From Gemmatimonadales bacterium (lineage in GTDB: Bacteria; Gemmatimonadota; Gemmatimonadetes; Gemmatimonadales; GWC2-71-9), in the NCBI GenBank assembly GCA_035691925.1, contig DASSIL010000178.1, positions 31,638-95,637 of the forward strand: a stretch of DNA of 64,000 nucleotides. The letters run 5' to 3'. The position numbers and the translations under genes were made by a program. Positions 60,788 to 64,000 of the stretch are shown here, in pieces. The number at the start of each line of letters is the position of its first letter. The stretch's first letter is position 1. Below the pieces are notes generated by a model. It saw nothing but the letters and a program-made list of their open reading frames with translations, had not been told where the DNA came from and did not search any database.

Positions 60788-63700
60788 ATGCCCCTCTCCC
60801 ATTTCCATCCGGAGGTCGCGCGCTGGTTCCGGGAGCGCGTCGGCGAGCCGTCGGCCCCACAGGCCGAGGGCTGGCCGCGCATCCGCTCCGGCCACCACAC
60901 GCTGATCGCGGCACCGACCGGCACCGGCAAGACGCTGGCGGCGTTCCTGTGGGCGATCGACGGCCTGCTGCGCCAGGGCGCAGCACTCCCCGACGAGACG
61001 CAGGTGCTGTACGTGTCGCCGCTGCGCGCGCTCGGCAACGACGTGCACAAGAACCTGCAGGGTCCGCTGGCCGAGCTCGAGCGGCGCGACCCGACGTTCC
61101 CGCACGTCCGCGTGCAGGTGCGCAGCGGCGACACTCCGGGCCGCGAGCGCACGGCGATGCGCAAGCGCCCGCCGCACATCCTCGTCACCACGCCCGAATC
61201 GCTCGCGATCCTGCTCACCACCGAAGGCGGCCGCGCGATGCTCGCGACCGTGCGCACCGTGATCGTGGACGAGATCCATTCGGTGGCGGGCAGCAAGCGC
61301 GGCGCGCACCTGGCGCTGTCGCTCGAGCGGCTCGAGGCGCTGGTCGAGACCCACGGCCTCTCCCGCGGCCGCCGCGCGGCGCTGCAGCGGATCGGATTGT
61401 CGGCCACGCAGAAGCCGATCGAGGACGTCGGCCACCTGCTGGTGGGCGTGGATCGCGCATGCGAACGCGTCGACGTCGGGCACCGTCGCGATCTGGACCT
61501 CGCGATCGAGCTGCCCGACGGGCCGCTCGAGACCGTGTGCTCGCACGAGACGTGGGAGACGATCGTCAAGCGCATGGCGGAGCTGATCCGTGCGCACCGC
61601 ACCACGCTGGTGTTCGTCAACACCCGCAAGCTCGCCGAGCGCGTGGCGGCGCGGCTGACGGACGCGCTCGGGCCCGAGCACGTGACGAGCCATCATGGCA
61701 GCCTGTCGCGCGAGCGGCGGCTGGACGCCGAGGCCCGGCTCAAGGCCGGCACGCTGCGCGCGCTGGTCGCCACCTCTTCGCTCGAACTGGGCATCGACAT
61801 CGGCGACGTGGACCTCGTGATCCAGGCCGGCGTCACCGCCTCGATCGCCACGCTGCTGCAGCGCGTCGGCCGCAGCGGCCACGCGCTGGCGCGCACGCCG
61901 CGGGGCCGCATCTTCCCGCTCACCGAGGACGACCTCGTCACCGCCACGGCGCTGGTGGACGCGATCCGGCGCGGCGAGCTGGATCGCACGCCGCAGCCCG
62001 GGCAGCCACTCGACATCCTGATGCAGCAGGCGGTGTCCGCGTGCGTGCCCGAGACCTGGGACGAGGGACGGCTGTACGACACGTTCCGGCGCGCGTGGCC
62101 GTATCGCGCGCTCACGCGCGAGGCGTTCGACGGCGCGCTGGCGCTGCTGACCGAGGGCCGGCACGCGCTGCTGCATCGGGACGGCGTGCACGGCCGGCTG
62201 CGCGCGACCAAGCGCGCGCGCATCACCGCGCTCACCGCCGGCGGCGCCATTCCCGACACCGGCCAGTACCGCGTCGAGCTCGAGCCCGACGGCACGCTGG
62301 TCGGCATGCTGGACGAGGACTTCGCGGTCGAATCGAACGGCGGCGACATCTTCCAGCTCGGGAACGCCTCGTGGCGCATCCTGCGCGTCGAGCCCGGGGT
62401 GGTGCGCGTCGCCGACGCGAAAGGCGCGCCGCCGTCGGTGCCGTTCTGGTTCGGCGAGGCCCCGGCGCGCACGAGCGAGCTGTCGGGCGCGATCGCGCGC
62501 ATCCGGGAGCGCGGCCGCGACCGCGACTGGCTGATGCGCGAGGTCGGGCTGTCCGAGGCCGCTGCCACGCAGCTGTCGGAATACCTGCGCGAGGGCGAGC
62601 GCACGCTGGGCGCGATCCCCACTCCCGCGCGCATCGTGCTCGAGCGGTTCTTCGACGAATCCGGCGGCATGCAGCTCGTGGTGCACGCGCCGCTCGGCGG
62701 CCGCATCAATCGCGCGTGGGGGCTCGCGCTGCGCAAGCGGTTCTGCGTCGGGTTCGGGTTCGAGCTGCAGGCGGCGGCCAACGAGGAGGCGATCGTCATC
62801 TCGCTCGGGCCCCAGCACAGCTTCCCGCTGGCGGACGTGTTCGGGTTCCTGAAGCCCGAGAGCGCGCGCGACGTGCTGGTGCAGGCGGTGTTGGGCGCAC
62901 CGATGTTCGGCACGCGCTGGCGCTGGAACGTGACGCGCGCGCTGCTGCTGCCGCGCACGCAGCACGGCGGCCGCCGGGTGCCGACGCCGCTGCTGCGCAT
63001 GCGCGCCGAGGACCTGCTGGTGCGCGCGTTCCCGCAGGTGCTGGCGTGCCCTGAGACGCTGCCGCCGGGCGAGCTGCCGGTGCCGTGGGAACACCCGATG
63101 GTGCGCCAGACGCTGGAGGACTGCCTGACCGAGGCGATGGACGTCGACGGCTTCCTCGCCGTGCTGCGCGACCTGCGCGCCGGGCACATCGAGACGGTGG
63201 CGGTGGACAACGCCACGCCGTCGCGGTTCGCGCAGGGCATCCTGAACGCGATGCCGTACGCGTTCCTCGACGACGCGCCGCTCGAGGAGCGCCGCACGCA
63301 GGCGGTGATGTCGCGCCGCGGGCTCGACGCCAAGGTCGCCGACACGCTGGGGGCGCTCGATCCCGACGCGGTGGCGCGCGTGCGCGACGAGGCGTGGCCG
63401 GAGCCCGAGAACGCCGAGGAGCTGCACGAGGCGCTGCTGTGGATGGGCTACGCCACCGCGCGCGAGGCGGAGGCGTGCGGCTGGCGCGCGGCGCTGGCCG
63501 AGCTGGCCGCCGCGGGCCGCGTGTCGCTCGAGCCGGGCGACGAGGGCGGGCACTGGATGGCGGCCGAGAGCCCGCGCGATCGCGCGAGCGTGGTGCGCGG
63601 GCGGCTCGAGGCGCTGGGTCCGGTGGTGGTGGCGGACGCGTCGGATCGCATGCCCCCGGCGGGCGACCCGGCCCTCGCGGCGCTCGCCACGATGGCCGCG

Positions 63701-64000
63701 GACGAGCTGCCCGCGCTGCTCGAGCTCGAGGCGCGCGGGTTCGTGCTGCGCTGCCGGATCGCGGGGCGCGATGCATGGTGCGAGCGCCGGCTGCTGGCGC
63801 GCATCCACCGCTACACGCTCGAGCGCCTGCGGCGCGAGATCGAGCCCGCCACCGCCGCCGAGCTGTGGCGGTCCATCGCGTGCTGGCAGCACGCCGATCC
63901 CGCGTTCCGGCTGGACGGCCCGCGCGGGGTGCACGAGATCGCGCGCAAGCTGGCGGGGTTCGAGATCCCGGCAGCGGAATGGGAGCAGGGCGTGCTGCGC
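60788..64000 (+). CDS. lhr: Lhr-type large ATP-dependent DEAH-box helicase, 3' end beyond window
   Basis: Own translation; absent from the track because it has no stop in the window. MPLSHFHPEVARWF.. is followed by Walker A AAPTGTGKT, DEIH box VIVDEIHSV, SAT (GLSATQ), HHGSLS and QRVGRSGH. The downstream region is collinear with the Lhr core. It is open to base 64000 in frame. Confidence 0.9.
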   Translation, partial: MPLSHFHPEVARWFRERVGEPSAPQAEGWPRIRSGHHTLIAAPTGTGKTLAAFLWAIDGLLRQGAALPDETQVLYVSPLRALGNDVHKNLQGPLAELERRDPTFPHVRVQVRSGDTPGRERTAMRKRPPHILVTTPESLAILLTTEGGRAMLATVRTVIVDEIHSVAGSKRGAHLALSLERLEALVETHGLSRGRRAALQRIGLSATQKPIEDVGHLLVGVDRACERVDVGHRRDLDLAIELPDGPLETVCSHETWETIVKRMAELIRAHRTTLVFVNTRKLAERVAARLTDALGPEHVTSHHGSLSRERRLDAEARLKAGTLRALVATSSLELGIDIGDVDLVIQAGVTASIATLLQRVGRSGHALARTPRGRIFPLTEDDLVTATALVDAIRRGELDRTPQPGQPLDILMQQAVSACVPETWDEGRLYDTFRRAWPYRALTREAFDGALALLTEGRHALLHRDGVHGRLRATKRARITALTAGGAIPDTGQYRVELEPDGTLVGMLDEDFAVESNGGDIFQLGNASWRILRVEPGVVRVADAKGAPPSVPFWFGEAPARTSELSGAIARIRERGRDRDWLMREVGLSEAAATQLSEYLREGERTLGAIPTPARIVLERFFDESGGMQLVVHAPLGGRINRAWGLALRKRFCVGFGFELQAAANEEAIVISLGPQHSFPLADVFGFLKPESARDVLVQAVLGAPMFGTRWRWNVTRALLLPRTQHGGRRVPTPLLRMRAEDLLVRAFPQVLACPETLPPGELPVPWEHPMVRQTLEDCLTEAMDVDGFLAVLRDLRAGHIETVAVDNATPSRFAQGILNAMPYAFLDDAPLEERRTQAVMSRRGLDAKVADTLGALDPDAVARVRDEAWPEPENAEELHEALLWMGYATAREAEACGWRAALAELAAAGRVSLEPGDEGGHWMAAESPRDRASVVRGRLEALGPVVVADASDRMPPAGDPALAALATMAADELPALLELEARGFVLRCRIAGRDAWCERRLLARIHRYTLERLRREIEPATAAELWRSIACWQHADPAFRLDGPRGVHEIARKLAGFEIPAAEWEQGVLR

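Noticed and set aside
60197-63934. The upstream 3.7 kb of the 1838-aa minus-strand track ORF 58418..63934
   Set aside because: Only the 3' 1.8 kb (the ClC channel, from ATG 60196 with a strong SD) is protein-like. The remainder is an Arg/Ala/Gly/Pro-rich frame antisense to MarR and the well-supported Lhr helicase, which is a high-GC artefact.
1-64000. CRISPR arrays, transposases, integrases, prophage blocks and toxin-antitoxin pairs
   Set aside because: No regularly spaced direct repeats are present. No DDE, tyrosine or serine recombinase motifs appear in any credible frame. The only phage-like element is the isolated tail-fibre-like surface gene.

Overview
This is a high-GC (about 70%) bacterial chromosomal segment, densely coding on both strands, with roughly 49 protein genes. 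I recognised no rRNA, tRNA, CRISPR array, transposase, integrase or prophage block. Because of the GC content, the six-frame track is dominated by long stop-free Arg/Ala/Pro/Gly-rich frames, several over 1000 aa and antisense to real genes. I kept only frames with recognisable domain motifs, signal peptides or TM segments, SD-like sites or translational coupling, and I re-set many starts. The track uses GTG/TTG as M. Two real genes at the window edges are missing from the track: a Kelch-repeat protein (1-1334, minus) and an Lhr helicase (60788-64000, plus). The content is mostly a secreted or cell-surface proteome. At least eight otherwise unrelated exported proteins end in the same roughly 85-aa FlgD/T9SS-type-A-like C-terminal domain. 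These include two tandem double NHL propellers, two proteins built from an 8x repeat I cannot name, a ~15x 47-aa repeat propeller, a cupredoxin, and two proteins of unknown function. Other genes include a BNR/Asp-box protein, a YVTN-propeller/phosphoesterase fusion, a tricorn-like protease, two beta-lactamase-fold hydrolases, three CPBP (Abi) intramembrane proteases, a PCuAC-SCO1 copper chaperone pair, TetR/MarR/MocR regulators, an ABC-2 exporter, a ClC channel and an MFS transporter. The most interesting observation is a signal-peptide thioredoxin-fold/TPR gene (43573-44883, minus) with an in-frame TGA exactly at the first Cys of the WCxxC motif (W-U-S-S-C). A hairpin follows immediately downstream, which makes it a candidate selenoprotein that standard ORF calling truncates. 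The lineage guess (an FCB-related or Gemmatimonadota/Eisenbacteria-like group) is inference only, based on GC content and heavy use of the FlgD-like domain. All functional calls rest on motif recognition by eye; no database search was possible.
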